A stretch of 62,780 nt of DNA, filler included, from Dugesia japonica (lineage: Eukaryota): assembly GCA_001938525.1 (NCBI GenBank). It is 6 parts of 6 records of this genome, joined end to end, with 100 filler letters (N's around TTAATTAATTAA, not from the genome) between each part and the next. Parts side by side here need not be neighbours in the genome. Positions count along the whole stretch, not along the records: positions 10,821 to 20,005 come from MQRL01521262.1; positions 20,106 to 32,095 come from MQRL01480009.1; 4 more parts are not named here. The stretch is one strand, 5' to 3'. Of the stretch, positions 14,055 through 27,516 are shown one piece after another. Below the pieces are notes generated by a model. It ran no database searches, was not told where the DNA came from, and worked only from the letters and a program-made list of their open reading frames with translations. How positions within the stretch are numbered: the stretch's first letter is position 1; every line of letters starts with the position of its first letter. Position numbers and translations under genes: made by a program.

Positions 14055-14568
14055 AGTTATGGTAGCAGTTTCTGCTTAGAGTTTATGACGATTCCCCTTC
14101 AAGACCGCATACTACGTTCTTAGATATTTATTGCTCATTGTGAGAAACGGGTTAAGAATAAAATATTGAATGAAATAAAATAAAATAGGTGTTTTAATAT
14201 TTCGCAAGAAAGACGGAATTTAGTTGACAGTATTTAGAAAATAAAAAATAATATAATATATCTGTTAGAGATTAATTGTGAAGTATTTTAATTGATTAGC
14301 GATTTAAAGTATACCCGACGATTGTGAATACCTGACTTTATTGGAGATTACCTTTGAATTTAGCTACTTTGGCTTTCGTGTGGTAATTGTGATTTTTATT
14401 ATATTTTAAGACTTAATCATTATTAACGTTTATTGTAATTTTCGAGTAATTTTTAGTAAATTTAGAAAGTAATTATTGTTCAATTAAAGTTAAGATTGCA
14501 TTATAATTGTAATTGAGTTAAAATAAAAGTATCAAATCTTGTTAATTATTTACTGTTGCTTAATAACT
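14055..14568 (+). mobile_element. solo LTR (AGTTA...TAACT) with ATAT target-site duplication
   Basis: Inverted termini AGTTAT/ATAACT, ATAT on both flanks, AATAAA at ~14522. Confidence 0.7.
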
Positions 14569-14639
14569 ATATAATAAATATTAGTAACAATTATTATTTG
14601 TTATCTTATTATTTAATACTTTTCGTTCAACTTTACCTC

Positions 14640-15560
14640 CAAAAGTATGACCGAAGTTGCACTATCATCTAAGATTCATTAAATCTTCCCTTAACTAATT
14701 ATTCACTTTTAATATTCTTCCTTAAAAATAGCACGAGTCGCTTTAATAGTTTTCTTTTAGAAATAGAAACAATAATTTGTGAGGCATCGACATTAATAAT
14801 CCTCGACTGGTTTCGCTCCTGATACAATATCATAATACAACAATTTCAGTACCGTTACTTCGTCTTGTCGAGACAGTGCTGCTATAACTATGTACTTGGT
14901 ATATTAATCTATCATACCAATATATATATATTTTCCTTCCTGATGTTTCTCTCAACGTTCCACATCTAACTATCCAGTGTTTCCGCTAGACGACCTGCTA
15001 CCTCTTCCTTTGTCACACCCGTCGAATTTTTTGTTCTCTAACAATGTTCGCAACTTTGAATAACTTCTTTGATCTTGTCAACCCATTAAACCTTCGGCCA
15101 TTGTCTTTTAATGTAATCTGTTGATTTTTCTATCCCAGAGTGACACAATAGTTTGTGTATCCTTGAAAATTCATTATTACACGATTCTCGTCTTAATCTT
15201 CCCTTTAGTTACGATTTCATGATACATCTGGCACAGAGTACAATTATCACACCCAGGTTGTGATAACATATCTTCATAAATGAGCAATTCACCTTTTCTA
15301 TAAAAAATTCCATGTCCAAGCTGCTCAAATAGTTCCTCCCTTTGAAATTGTAGCGTTACTGTTCCTAACATGAAAGTGATGGTTTTATGGTCCAAACCCA
15401 AAAATGTGTTGAAAATTTATTCCTCCAATAACATCTGGATACGCACTTTCCCCTACTATAAATTCAACTTCTGCTCTATTATATTATATTATAATAGATA
15501 TATAAATGCCTCTGCGGCCATAACATTTTTAGCACTTAAGCTCGTTTATTCACCAAATTA
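14640..15560 (-). pseudogene. Ty3/Gypsy pol remnant (RNase H C-term, integrase zinc finger)
   Basis: LDHKTITFML...YRKGE...CDNCTLCQMYH and IHKLLCHSG on the minus strand; many stops. Confidence 0.7.
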
Positions 15561-16990
15561 ATTCTAACTTTTCTACAGATCTGCTCTCTCCAGGTAAAGG
15601 TCCGTCAGAAGTTAATGATAATTCATTTTGTGAGATGGTGTGCGCATAAAGCTAGGTAACAATGTGATTGGAGAGATCGACGAGTAATTGGTGGCCGTAG
15701 ACATGCAATGTGAAGAAATATAGTGGTCAGTTTATTTTTATTTCTTGTTACTTAACATATTTGCTATCATAAACTTTGGCTAAATTACTGATTACTCTGG
15801 TGAGAAAACATTAACAACCAGAAAGTAATTTTAATTTTATTTTATTATGACATAGTAGGAGCATTCCAAATGGCAAGTTTATAGTGCTACGTTTTGAGTG
15901 ATTGAAAGGTTAAAATCAGCTAATTGTAACAAGAAGGTTGAAAGTAAATTGATAGAAACCCAATATCCACGATGACCAATAAAGATTATCCAAATCTCTA
16001 TTAATTGTTTCAATTAATAAAGATAATGTCAATAAAATTATAAAAATGTTTATATGATCATTGATATCGAATGTTGAATTGTTTTGCCTCTTGGAGCAAT
16101 TGAATTTTTATTTTTAAAAGATGCTATAGTTTGTAGGTATGTTTATGTATATTTATTATGTACATGATGTGTATGCATGTATTATGTATGTGATGTATGT
16201 GTATTTAGTATGTTTGTTGATGTGTGCGTAAATATGTGTATACTGTATCTGGATACCAGATCCCAGCACATGTTTAGAGAACGATAACGTTATGTACATC
16301 CGATATGCCCTTATTTTAATATTAAATTATGCTCATTTGAAAATGTTTGCCTTCCCCTTGCTTCAGTGCTTCTCTCTTTTTATGAGAAAATGATACCAGA
16401 GATTGGAAGAGTATTTTAGTTAATTTATTCAATAAACTACTTATAATAATATTTTATCTAATTTCCTTTAAGCAAAAAATGACATCTTCTGTCAACAATT
16501 GTCAGACTCTTAAAATAGGTTAAATACCCACCGATTATATTTAAAATGATATCGCCATATCATAAAATGACAATTGCCGAATTATAAAATACGGAAATGC
16601 TAAACCTACCATATACAAATGGTTAACAAATGCAATAATTAGTGAATTTAATCAGCAATTTTTTATTTTTCACTTATCCGTGGGTGAAAAATATTAGTGT
16701 AAACGATACTGAAATATGAGTTTAAGTCCAAGTTAGAGTATTAATATTGCTATTCCTCATCAAAAAAAAATAAAAAATTTAAANNNNNNNNNNNNNNNNN
16801 NNNNNNNNNNNNNNNNNNNNNNNNNNNNNNNNNNNNNNNNNNNAACTATCGCACGGAAATACCGCACAACTTAACTAAGAAATGTCAAGCTCAATTACTG
16901 TTTTTGTGGATACGAGTGGAATTAGTCCCATAGTCGCGATATAACCGCGAAAGTCAAACGATTAGGAAACCAATTATTCATTTGTGTTTG

Positions 16991-18233
16991 ACGTAGGTTG
17001 TCTTTTAAGTTCTGCATATAGCCATAAAAATAAGACTAAAAAACTCAAAATGTTTTATTGCTTTTCAAAATATTCTCAACTAGATTAATACACACTTGCA
17101 TGCGTTAAAACTATCTGTTAAAACAATTAATGCACTCATCACATGTGACGGCCGAAATTTCCATCTACTGCCTCTTCCGGTGACTGAAACCGTTGATCAC
17201 AAAGTAATTCTTAATCTTACGGAACTTAAAGAAATCATTGGGACTCAGAAAAGTACTGTACGGAGGATGATCCAGTAACTCGATGTTTTGAGAAGCTAAA
17301 AATTTAGTGGTCATTCGAGCTGTATGTGAACTGGTGAATGATAATTTTGCGTCTCATGTTGGTTTTTCGGAGTACTGAAAATAATTCTGGCAGACAAACT
17401 GTTGTATACCAATGCAGTCTTTGTATTATGATTTTGCAGAGCGATTGCGGCGACATAGCATATTTTTGCGACAAAAATTGCCACCATCGTCTTTGACACA
17501 TTACGGGAACGGATAACTTTTGTTGGATTATCCTCATTTTGAAACACCTAAACAAAAGATTGAGGCTCGTATGAGTAAATCCAAAATTCGTCACCACTCA
17601 CAATGCTGTAGTTATTTTTTGAGCTTCGATTGTTAAACCTGGTCAACGTTTTTCGACACCAATTAACACCAGCCATTTTCTGTTATTTGGTTAGTAGTTG
17701 TGTGATCAAATGGGAAACTAATTTTTGTATACCCAATTCTTCATGCAGGATTTTTTGCTATGAGGTCTTTGAAATTCCAAAGTAAAACTCCGACCCACGA
17801 TATGTTGCATTTCAATCTTCCTTGATTAGATGACGCGAAGAATCAATATTTTATTTGATTACCACTGTTTTTGGTGCACCATTTCTTCGGTAATCTGTGA
17901 GATTAGAGCGTCCACGTTTATAGTTGCGCGGAATTCTCGACTAATGTGATACTTTATCCCCAAAAAGATAAATCATTTTGGATCGACATTGTTCTTAAGA
18001 TAATTTTCTTCGATAATTATAGAAAACTATTGCCCGAAAATTTTCTTTGCCCAAATAAATTTTTTCTGTTTATTCGGATTTTAAAATAAACACTGCTAAT
18101 AAATGAATCGATACATTTAAACAAAATATTGAATATCAATTACTTAAATATTGGTGTGTGCTTAAAATTCTCAAATTTTATTATCCGAAGCTTATATGCG
18201 GTCATATGCAGAACTTAAAAGACAACCCACGTA
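16991..18233 (-). mobile_element. mariner element with TIRs and decayed transposase
   Basis: TIR acgtaggttgtcttttaagttctgcatat (16991) vs atatgcagaacttaaaagacaacccacgta (to 18233); minus-strand SGDEFWIYSYEP, PTKVIRSRNVSKTMVAIF and EYFEKQ. Confidence 0.88.
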
Positions 18234-18883
18234 AAAAAGAGCCTACAATACTTTAATTACGGACCATCACTTTTAATTTGATAGCAGAGTATTATAACTT
18301 TTATTTCTTTAATATGGTGTAAAAGTTGTTTCAATTTACATGATATGAAACACTTTCAAAATATATCGAAAGAACAAATATTATCCAATGATATTGACGA
18401 TACTAAAATTTAAATAAAACCGCGAAAAAAAGAAAAAAAATTAGTCGACATGTTGAAAAGCATAAGAAAGAACTTTGCTAGAAACTGCTTTGTTGAAGAT
18501 ATACCTATTGAGATTACACAAACACAAACAATTACCCAAACATAACAAACAAATAAATGATCAATCAATCAATTCTCAATCAATAGTCAAGTCTCAAAAG
18601 AAACAGCGGCAGTGGACATTCGAGTTTTGTGTAATTCGTTTCGAGATTGTGTCTTCATAATTCAAACACTTTATAATTTGCACTTTGTTCATTGACTTGA
18701 ATTTTATAGATCATTGAATTTAACTTTTATTTTATTATTTTTATTGTTATTTTGACTTGAGTTTTATTGATCATTGAATTTTACTTTATTATTACGGTTG
18801 ATATAATTATTTTATTAGAACAATAAAATATATACTATTTCATTAAAATAAAGAAAAGGCTTCGATTATAAACCTATATATAC

Positions 18884-19110
18884 TGTTGGGGTTCCACCTG
18901 AGTTAATGGAGATAGAAAAGTTTGACTGGGAGAAAAGACAGTGGACCCCTCTCAAGAAAATAACCTAAAGTCCCTAATTTAGGCTTTCAGTGCAGAGCGG
19001 TTGACCCCAAACGCTTATTTGGAGTTCAGACTCCTACACCTTTAATTCGGGTTCAAGATTTTCCCACTCTATTCAAATTTATGGAGACAAAGACATGATT
19101 TACAAGCATT
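18884..19110 (-). mobile_element. putative LTR end (R/U5) terminating in ...GGAACCCCAACA
   Basis: Abrupt GC-richer block starting TGTTGGGG on plus, the same octamer as the LTR-like start at 62236; on minus it follows an AATAAA. Confidence 0.5.
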
Positions 19111-19114
19111 TATT

Positions 19115-19920
19115 TTACAAAACATTATTAGACCCAGGGTCAAGCCACTGGGCTGAATCGTCATTCGAAAAGTCAAATGCGGCCTCATCATCATCACTGT
19201 TCCACCTTATCCATGTCTCTAAATCGAGACGGGTGAACAAGTCAGTAATGTATTGTCTTAAAAAATTTAATTTGTTGATGAGTAAGTTGTCTGTGCGGCT
19301 TGCTAGTTCAGCTTGCTTCTTATTTACTCTCTCAAGCTTATTAATGAGGATATTTCTCTGAGTCAAGTGCCGGAGTAGTGATCGTTCGACAATCTCCATA
19401 CTCCAACGATGGTCTGGCATAACTAGAACAGAATTATCATTGAAGTAATGGTCAAGGCATATTTGAAAATAGTAGTAAAACAATTTTATTTAATCATTAC
19501 ACAGAACAAAATTATTGCATTAAAATCAAGGAAGGCATCCAAATCCACTTTTGTCGTCGTCTCTAATGGGAATAACTCAACAAAATATACTAAATCAGTT
19601 TCGTCAGGAGACAATATCTGGTCGGGAGCACAATATACCCATTCAACTGTTTACGGCGCGAACTCTCTCTCACTACAACAAATTAAATAATCGTAAGAAA
19701 ACTATAATAAAGCAAAGCATTATAAGATAGTTGTCAAGGTATCATGATATCGCTAGCTGAAGTGTAGATGTCTTATGAGAAACTAAAGTCCAAACTTGTT
19801 GTGGATAATGCTAGGGCGGGGGTAACACTTAAACAATATTATCCGGTCCAGGAATAAGGGTCGTCGGTAATTGTGAAAGAATCATAATATCCCGGTTATG
19901 AAAATTGATTCTAATGCATC
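19115..19920 (-). pseudogene. decayed multi-exon gene of unknown function (coiled-coil, acidic tail) next to or inside the putative LTR
   Basis: Exon ~19501-19672 (ttgttgtag acceptor, GTAATG donor at 19500) joins in phase 0 to ICLDHYFNDNSV...DPGSNNVL* (ORF 19115..19483); this acceptor reads CAA rather than CAG; in-frame stops upstream. Confidence 0.5.
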
Positions 19921-20005
19921 CCTTATAAGAGCAAAGTTAATTGTGTTAGTAATAATTTCATAATATATATAATGAATCAAAAGGAGAGAAAATATATTAA
20001 TAAAT

Positions 20006-20105
20006 NNNNNNNNNNNNNNNNNNNNNNNNNNNNNNNNNNNNNNNNNNNNTTAATTAATTAANNNNNNNNNNNNNNNNNNNNNNNNNNNNNNNNNNNNNNN
20101 NNNNN
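20006..20105. other. artificial scaffold spacer
   Basis: N44-TTAATTAATTAA-N44. Confidence 0.93.
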
Positions 20106-20804
20106 TAACTCTATCTATTTAAGTTTGGTATTATCTTTCGGTGATTTTAAATTTAGTTTTTCAATATTTTACAAAAGATAAATAATCAAAAGTTAGTAAC
20201 ACACTGTGTAGTAAATTATTTTCTAATGAAATTAAGTTCGTAATATAAATAATTAATAATAAAGTTTAATAATTTATTATAGTAGGTAGTTGTGAGCACT
20301 CTGAGACAACTGACAAATACTCTTTGTCCCTTTTGAATAACCTGGTCTATCGACTTTTACCGACTTGAATTATTTTTGACTGACAACACACTTTAATAGC
20401 AAAAGAAACACTGTCATCATCAATCATTTATTAATTACAATTTTATTATAAATTGAAAAACTGAATCAGAAAAGTTTTAATATTCAAACAAATATGTGCA
20501 ATAATTATTTTTATTATTTTCTCGAAATATTTTAAATTTTACATATTTTATAAACATTTCAATTGCGCGTATAAATTTGAAATGAAACAATTCAAATATT
20601 ATTCTCACAATCTTTTGATCTTTTCAGCATTTCTTTCAATAGTCCTATACAGATCATCTCGAACCAGATATCTTCGGTCATGTATCTTTTTTACTCTAAG
20701 AAAGGACCTACAAAACGATCCCGATCCTTTTTTTTGTTTCCTCCTTGATACGCCCTGCATCTCCAATAGCGAATGTTCTCCTGGTTTGGTACGTAACCGT
20801 AGGT

Positions 20805-21095
20805 ATATTGTCTACCTTCTCGGACTCGAGTTGTCTAGGCTAAAACCACCATTTTCTGCCGATTTTTCTATAAAACACGGTTTCCACCTGTAGTTTTCTG
20901 TACTATCGCTTGCATCATAAATTCAATCACTACTAAAATTTCTGCCCACTACTTTGCGTTTTTGTCTGCTATTGATTCTCTAATCATACCTTCTCGGACT
21001 CTAGTTGTCTAGGTTGAAACCACCTTTTTCTGCTGACATTTCTACAAAACACCGTTTCCACCTGGAGATTTTCTGGAATTTGCGTTTTTGTATGA
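20805..21095. repeat. ~175-bp tandem duplication
   Basis: accttctcggactc(g/t)agttgtctagg...accgtttccacctg occurs twice (~20813 and ~20988). Confidence 0.8.
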
Positions 21096-21099
21096 TATT

Positions 21100-22810
21100 G
21101 ATGCACTAATCCAGTCTAAGTGTCTAATCAAAGTCTAATCAACTTAAGTAGTGGATCCAATTTTGAAACTGTGCCATTATAGGTTTCTTCGTATTTAACA
21201 TAAACGTAATTGCCTTATGTTCAGTTCGTAGATTGAATCCTCGCTCATATAAGTAGTGACTGAAATGGTTACAAAAATAGAATATCGACAGCAATTTCTT
21301 TCTAGTTATCCAATACCACAATTCGTGGTTATTCATTGCGTAAGATCCATACGCTATCACCCTTTCTATTTCCATTGTTGTCAATTTGTGATAATACAGC
21401 ACCAATTGTATTGTAGCTTACATCCGTATCAAGTATGAATTCTCTTCTGACATCCGGAAACACTAAAATTGGTGACTTCGTTACCGCTTCTTTCATATTT
21501 CTGAATGAATTTTCGCAACTGTCTGTTCATATTAACTTCCTATTATTTACACTGCATAGTTTTTCTAGTTCTCTAATCTTCTTTGCGTAATCCTTTATGA
21601 ATCTTCTGTAATAGCAACATATCCTCAGAAAACTCCTCAATTTTTACCCGCATTTTGGTCTTTCGTATGTCTGTATTACAACCAATTTTGCTGGATCGGT
21701 CTGTACTCCTTTATCACCTATAATATGTCCCAAAGGTTTGATCTCTTTTCTTTGCAATGGACATTTTGACTGGCTCAAACGTAGCCCTGTTTGATGTATT
21801 TTACTAAATACTACATCCAGTGTTTTGTAATGCTCTTCCAAGTTTTCTAAATATATTAAAATATCGTCTAAATACACAGTTGTTCCCTTTGTATTAGGAT
21901 TTAAATACTTCACGAGTTCCTAGAATGTCCCAGTTATATTGAAGCAGCATTGACCTGACTTTGTTGAGAAGGTTGTTTTATCTTTTGACTCTTCATCTAG
22001 GTCTACTTGATAGTAGGCATTACCTTAATCTAATGAAGTGAAGAATGTTGACCCACCCAATCTATCCAGAATCTCTTCGACATTTGGCATCGGAAATGCT
22101 TGTCTTTACGTAATAGCGTTCAGCTGTCAAAATCCAGGCAGAGATCAATGTCTTTCTTTTCTTTTTTCCTCATACATATCAGCGGGATGTCCCATTTTGA
22201 ATTGCACTTTCGTATAATTCCATTTTCAAATAAATAACGTACCCCTTCGTTTATCTTATCTTCTAAGTTCATAGATGTCTTCTGGGGCTTAAAATTTATA
22301 GATTCGCTTTTTGTTGCTATTTTATGTTTGACCAGTTTTGTGCATCCTATGTCCCATTTATCGGCCATAAAGATATTTGAATGTTTCCTTATCAACTCAT
22401 TGATTGTGTCATTTTTCAATTTATTTATTTCAATCATAGTCTTTTTGATATATTTCTTTATCTGTAATAATCCTTCCAAAATACGGCTCGATATTACAAA
22501 TCCGATCTTGATTATCTTTTCCTGCTCTATCTATCTAACTTAGTTCTAATCAAAAACTGATCTGCAACTCAATGCCACCAATTATGCTAAGGATTACCTT
22601 TTCCACAACTATAAAATAAAATCCATCTAGCCACATTGCCGATCCTTACTTACACCTCAATTCTTTATTTGGTACATAATGAACTATCGTTAGCGCACCG
22701 TAGTCTACCCTTGGTTTTTAATAACGGGACATCTTTGAATTTGTTAAGCACATCCATACCCATCATATTAATTCTTGCTCTGGTATTCAGTAGGCATTAA
22801 AACTCTATGT
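21100..22810 (-). pseudogene. Ty3/Gypsy pol remnant: protease, reverse transcriptase, RNase H
   Basis: CLLNTRARIN (decayed LLDTGA); WDIGCTKLVKHKI...LCLDF; TTVYLDDILIY...LGHII...VQTDPAK; RVIAYGS...LRTEHKAITF. Confidence 0.93.
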
Positions 22811-23366
22811 TTTGGATCTTTATCGCAATACTCGGTCTACACTACATTATATCATATCTAACCACACCTTTTCCCAATTCTCCCACTGTTGGTTCCACTA
22901 ACGTTTCCAAAGTCAAAACCTCTATTTCTCATCTAAAAAGAAACCATTATTTTGTATTGTCACAATACAAAGCTGCACATTTAGAGAAGTTTAATCATAA
23001 ATTAAGAGATGCAATGAAAAATCTTTTGTGAATTTAGGAAATAAAACACTAATCAATTGCAACTTAAGAATTTATTGAAGTCATTGGCGTTAAAAAGCCA
23101 AAAATAAACAACTTTCATAAGCAAATGTTCATATATAGTAAAATGATTGAGCCAATAAGTGTAGAAGATGTTAATGTTTCTCTCTTGAAATCAGTATGGT
23201 TAGAAAAGTGATTTTTGAAAAAATTTATTCAGAATTTTGAAAATAATAATTAAAACTCAGCATATATGTAATCTATAGTTTGAAATATGTAGTAACCAGA
23301 TAAGATTATGAATTATGGAATAATACTTGACTAATTCAAAGAAATTCAAAATCAATTGTATACAAT

Positions 23367-25967
23367 AGTTATATCATTTAAAAAATTATATAAAGTTTTA
23401 AAATTGTTATTATTAAATGATATTATTTGTTTAAATAATTCATTATTAATAAATAGTTTTTGTTTAAATAAATAATTATGTAAAGTTTAAGTCTTTTAAC
23501 TAACAACCACGCCAAAATAAGCGTATTGATGAAGAAAAAAAAGATGATCACCAGAAGATTTTTGTAAAGCTTCCATCTTCAAAACAAGAATTGCTTATCC
23601 CAAAATCAAGTTTCTTCGAGGATTCATCTGCAGCAGCTGATGAATGGGTTCAGATGACAAAATAATCTGCTGCGTTTAACTAAATGTAGCTATCATTCGC
23701 GTTTGATATGTTAATGAGACGAGATGAGAAATAATTATGGGTGGAAAATGCAAAGAAGATGTAATTTTGACGAACAAGATCTGCGGAAATGGTATCGTGA
23801 GTCATTTGTGATTTCAGAGACACTGGTGGATAAAATAACACTTTTATCGAAGATCAAACAAAATCCAACTGAAAAGTATTGTAATTTCGAATTAATACAA
23901 TTAGCGCTAAAGGTGTAGAGACAAATGATGAAACCATCAAAATAATTCAAGAAGCCGTAATGCCAAAATTCGCCACGGAAATACGAGGTTATTAGAATTA
24001 ACAAATTATTACATACGTTTCATAAAGTACTATGCTTTACTTGCAGCACCATTGTATATATCGACAACAGGACAAGAAAAGAACATTGAATGGACAAAAG
24101 AATGTGAGGATAGTTTTCAATTTTTGACGATAAAATTGCTCTGATTTTGACTTTCCTAAATAACAGTGGCGAAATGATATTTGATACTTATGCTAGTTTT
24201 AGAGCAATTGGAAAGGTTTTGAGTCAAATAACGAATAATGGATTGGGACGGGTCATAAAATGTGGTTCTCAAACTTTAAACAATCACGAAAAATGATATT
24301 GTGTTACTCACAAGAAATTGTTAGCTCTGCATGAGTTTATGATGTATTTTAAACATTATTTGTACGGCAAGAAATTAAGAGCAAGAACAGATCATAAAGC
24401 ATTAATTCTTATGACGAAGACTAGTAAGCCCATTAGTTCTCAGTTTCAAACACGGATAGCAAATCTAGCAGAATTTAATTTCAATCTAAAATTGCGAAAA
24501 GGAGCAGCTCATAGAAATGCTGATGAACTTTCAAGGATAGGAGCGAGTCTTTGTACCCAATGTTTAACTATACATCAAGATGCCAAAAGGGAACGATCTC
24601 GAGTTAAAAGCATCAACACTTTAGACAAAACAAACTTTGATAGAAACCATATTAAAGAAGTACAGAGAAACGATCCAATAACATGAGAAATCATTGAATA
24701 TATTGAAAATGGAATGATAAATAATAAGCTGAGCACAATGATGACCAAAAGCAAATATTTTTCCATACTTGATTATCAATGAAAGATACAAGAAAAGAAT
24801 AATACTGACAGGAAAATCGATACCCGACCTTATAGATTTCATACACGATGAGTAATGTTATGTCAGAGGTCAAAAATTGACGGAACATTTGAGTGTAAAT
24901 TATATTTAAAAAAACGCAAAGAAATGTAGAACATAAACTAAAAAAGTTTATGATATGTAACATGCGTAAAACTTACACTGGGTGAACAAAGAAAATTCTT
25001 ATTCCAAGAACAGAATTTGAACCATTAGAACAGGTTATTATGGATATCGCTTACTTTCCAGAAGTGAAAACCAAAAGGAATTATGTTCTCGTCTTGGTTG
25101 ACAGGTATAGTATGTTATTGTCATTCGTAGCGTTAAATAGACAAGATGAAACATCGGTAGTTGAGGCAATAAAGGAAAACTGGGCATTAAGTTTTGGTAA
25201 GCCAAAATCATTTTTGAGCAACAGACCAAAAACGTTTTAAGGAAAGTTAATGTGGTCACTTGCAGGGTAGTTTGAGATTCAATAACATCATATTCCACAT
25301 ATCAACATCAATCTAACGGTTTAGCAGAAAGAAATATTAGAACACTGTGAGATATGAAGGTAACAACAATAACGAATGGCTGCTCGAAATCAGGTTGGGA
25401 CAAATTACTTCCACGAATTCAGTTTGTTATGAATGCAACACAAAATATCGATTGGCTCATCTCCTTTTATTATATTTGGAAGAAGAATAGTCTAACACGG
25501 ATTGACACAAGAAGGAAATCTGAAACACGAAGAAAAAAAAACTGGCAGATGAAAATTTACAGAAAAAAGCTTAATAATTAAAAAAATACGAATGTGAAAA
25601 GCGAAAGTCCAGACATTTTGAAAAAGGAGAAAAAGTATTAGTGAAAGTAGACCCGCAAAAGTTAAAGAAAGAAGGTTACGGATATGAAGGTACTTACAAA
25701 ATTAGTAAATTTTTAAGTTCACATCAAGTTTTATAGGTTATGCAAGACTGCTTAAACCCAGAAGACTTGAATGGCTGAAAAATATCGAAAATGAAAATTA
25801 GTAAGAGAAAAGGAGAGAGAGAGCAGTTATATAACATTACTAAAATGATATAAAGTTTTAAATTCTTTATTATTAAATCTCATTATTTGTTTAAATAATT
25901 CATTATTAATAAAAAGTTTTTGTTTAAATAAATAATAATGGAAAGTTCAAGTCTTTTAACTATAACA
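23367..25967 (+). mobile_element. internally deleted Ty3/Gypsy element with two ~140-bp LTRs (23367-23507, 25825-25967)
   Basis: Direct repeats starting AGTTAT; PPT aagagaaaaggagagagaga before the 3' LTR; gag remnant jumps to RNase H (FKHYLYGKKLRARTDHKAL...HRNADELSR) and integrase (MDIAY...VLVDRYS...HQSNGLAERNIRTL). Confidence 0.9.
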
Positions 25968-26779
25968 AAATTTGGAAACAACATCCATTTACCACAACTT
26001 GTATGTAATACTTTTTATTATAGTTAAAATATCATGTATAATTGTTGTATGAAAATAAATGTATTATGAAAGCCTATTATTTTAATTGATATATACTAGG
26101 AAAATTTAACAATAATAATCCTTGGTAAAAATATCATAGTGAAACTCTAGCCGCTGGTCATACAAAAATCAACACATCAGTCAAAAATAATTTAAGTCGG
26201 TTGAAGTGAGTGAACCAGGTAAGATGGGTATAGATGAGTCAGTCAGATTAAATTTGTTCAGGTGAGTAGGTCAAGTAAAATGAGTTTAGGTAAAAATAAA
26301 TCAGTCAGTCAAAAGTGGTTGACCAGCAGAAGGGTTACTGGTCAGCTGTCTTAGAGTGCTCACAACTATCTACTATTACTTATTCCGACACTCAATTTTA
26401 TTAAAAACTAAATTTTTCAAGATTTTTAAAGTAAAATTTCTTAACTTTGCCGTAAAGAGGGACATACATTATTTTTATTTGTTTTTATAGTGTAATTTGA
26501 CCTCGTGAAAGTTACCACCTGCTAATTTTAAAATGTTTAATGCTAATTTTTTATTTTACTACTACAAACTATATTTCATAAGATAAATAATTATAAAATA
26601 CAAGTATTTAAATATTTAAATATCTCAATTCCTATTGGGTGAGATTATTAATTAATAATTATTTCCTCATAAACCATTTATTCACTTTATAAGAAAACCT
26701 AAAAATATAAGTTAATTTAATATTTTTAAAGCATTGAAGAAATCAAAAGGTTCAAGGTTGATGGCGCCAGCCATAATAG

Positions 26780-26845
26780 TTTTACAATTACAAATATTGC
26801 GAGAACAATGGTTAGACTTAACCATTGATCGTATTTTAATGAAAG
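26780..26845 (-). mobile_element. Penelope-like repeat copy C (tail only)
   Basis: ttttacaattacaaatattgcgagaacaatggttagacttaaccattgatcgt matches the family tail. Confidence 0.65.
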
Positions 26846-27516
26846 GTTAATTTAATTTAATATTTTTAATTTTTGGATTTCTAATTATGAACTTAGTGAA
26901 TAGATTTCTCTAGGTTTCTGAAATGAGATCTACTACCCTTGATAAATCATAATATGTGAATATATAGAAATAAATTATCAAACGTTTTCAAAATTGTTAT
27001 GAATGAAATATTTAAACAATAACTTTCATAAGGAATTATTCTACGAAACAAATATTTGATGTATAATCGTTACGGTTAATTTAAACGTTTTTCGAATTTT
27101 AAATTCTATAATTTTTTAATTTATAACTGAACTTGAAGTAACATAAAGTTATAACTCCATGTTAAAGTTGTTGTGAGCACGCATGAGATCATTAAGAATT
27201 GTGTGCCATTTGTCGTATATTTTCTAATTTCTTCTTTAAAACCTTTTTGTATAATTAGCTTGAATTGTTAAATATTTTTCATTTATTTTTTGTAAAAGTT
27301 AATAACTTAATTTCATACCTTAATTTTTATTATAATTAATTTGTATTTGAGACTGGCATTGTAAATTTCTAGTATAAATATTCAATTATGATTATTATCA
27401 AAATTCCCAGATGCTGACAATAAATATGTGCTTTTCCTATTTCACAGTTTGCTACACGATAACTTACAACACAGCTTCAATCTAATACGATTAATTGCAA
27501 AATTAATTGCGGTAAC

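Larger units (their letters stand above)
20281..26374. mobile_element. TIR-bounded non-autonomous DNA element containing two nested Gypsy remnants
   Basis: agtaggtagttgtgagcactctgagacaactgac (20281-20314) is the inverted match of gtcagctgtcttagagtgctcacaactatctact (26341-26374); second inverted block at ~20360-20385 / ~26177-26202. Confidence 0.7.

Noticed and set aside
15629-15810. Possible short TG...CA solo LTR
   Set aside because: No target duplication or second copy in the window.
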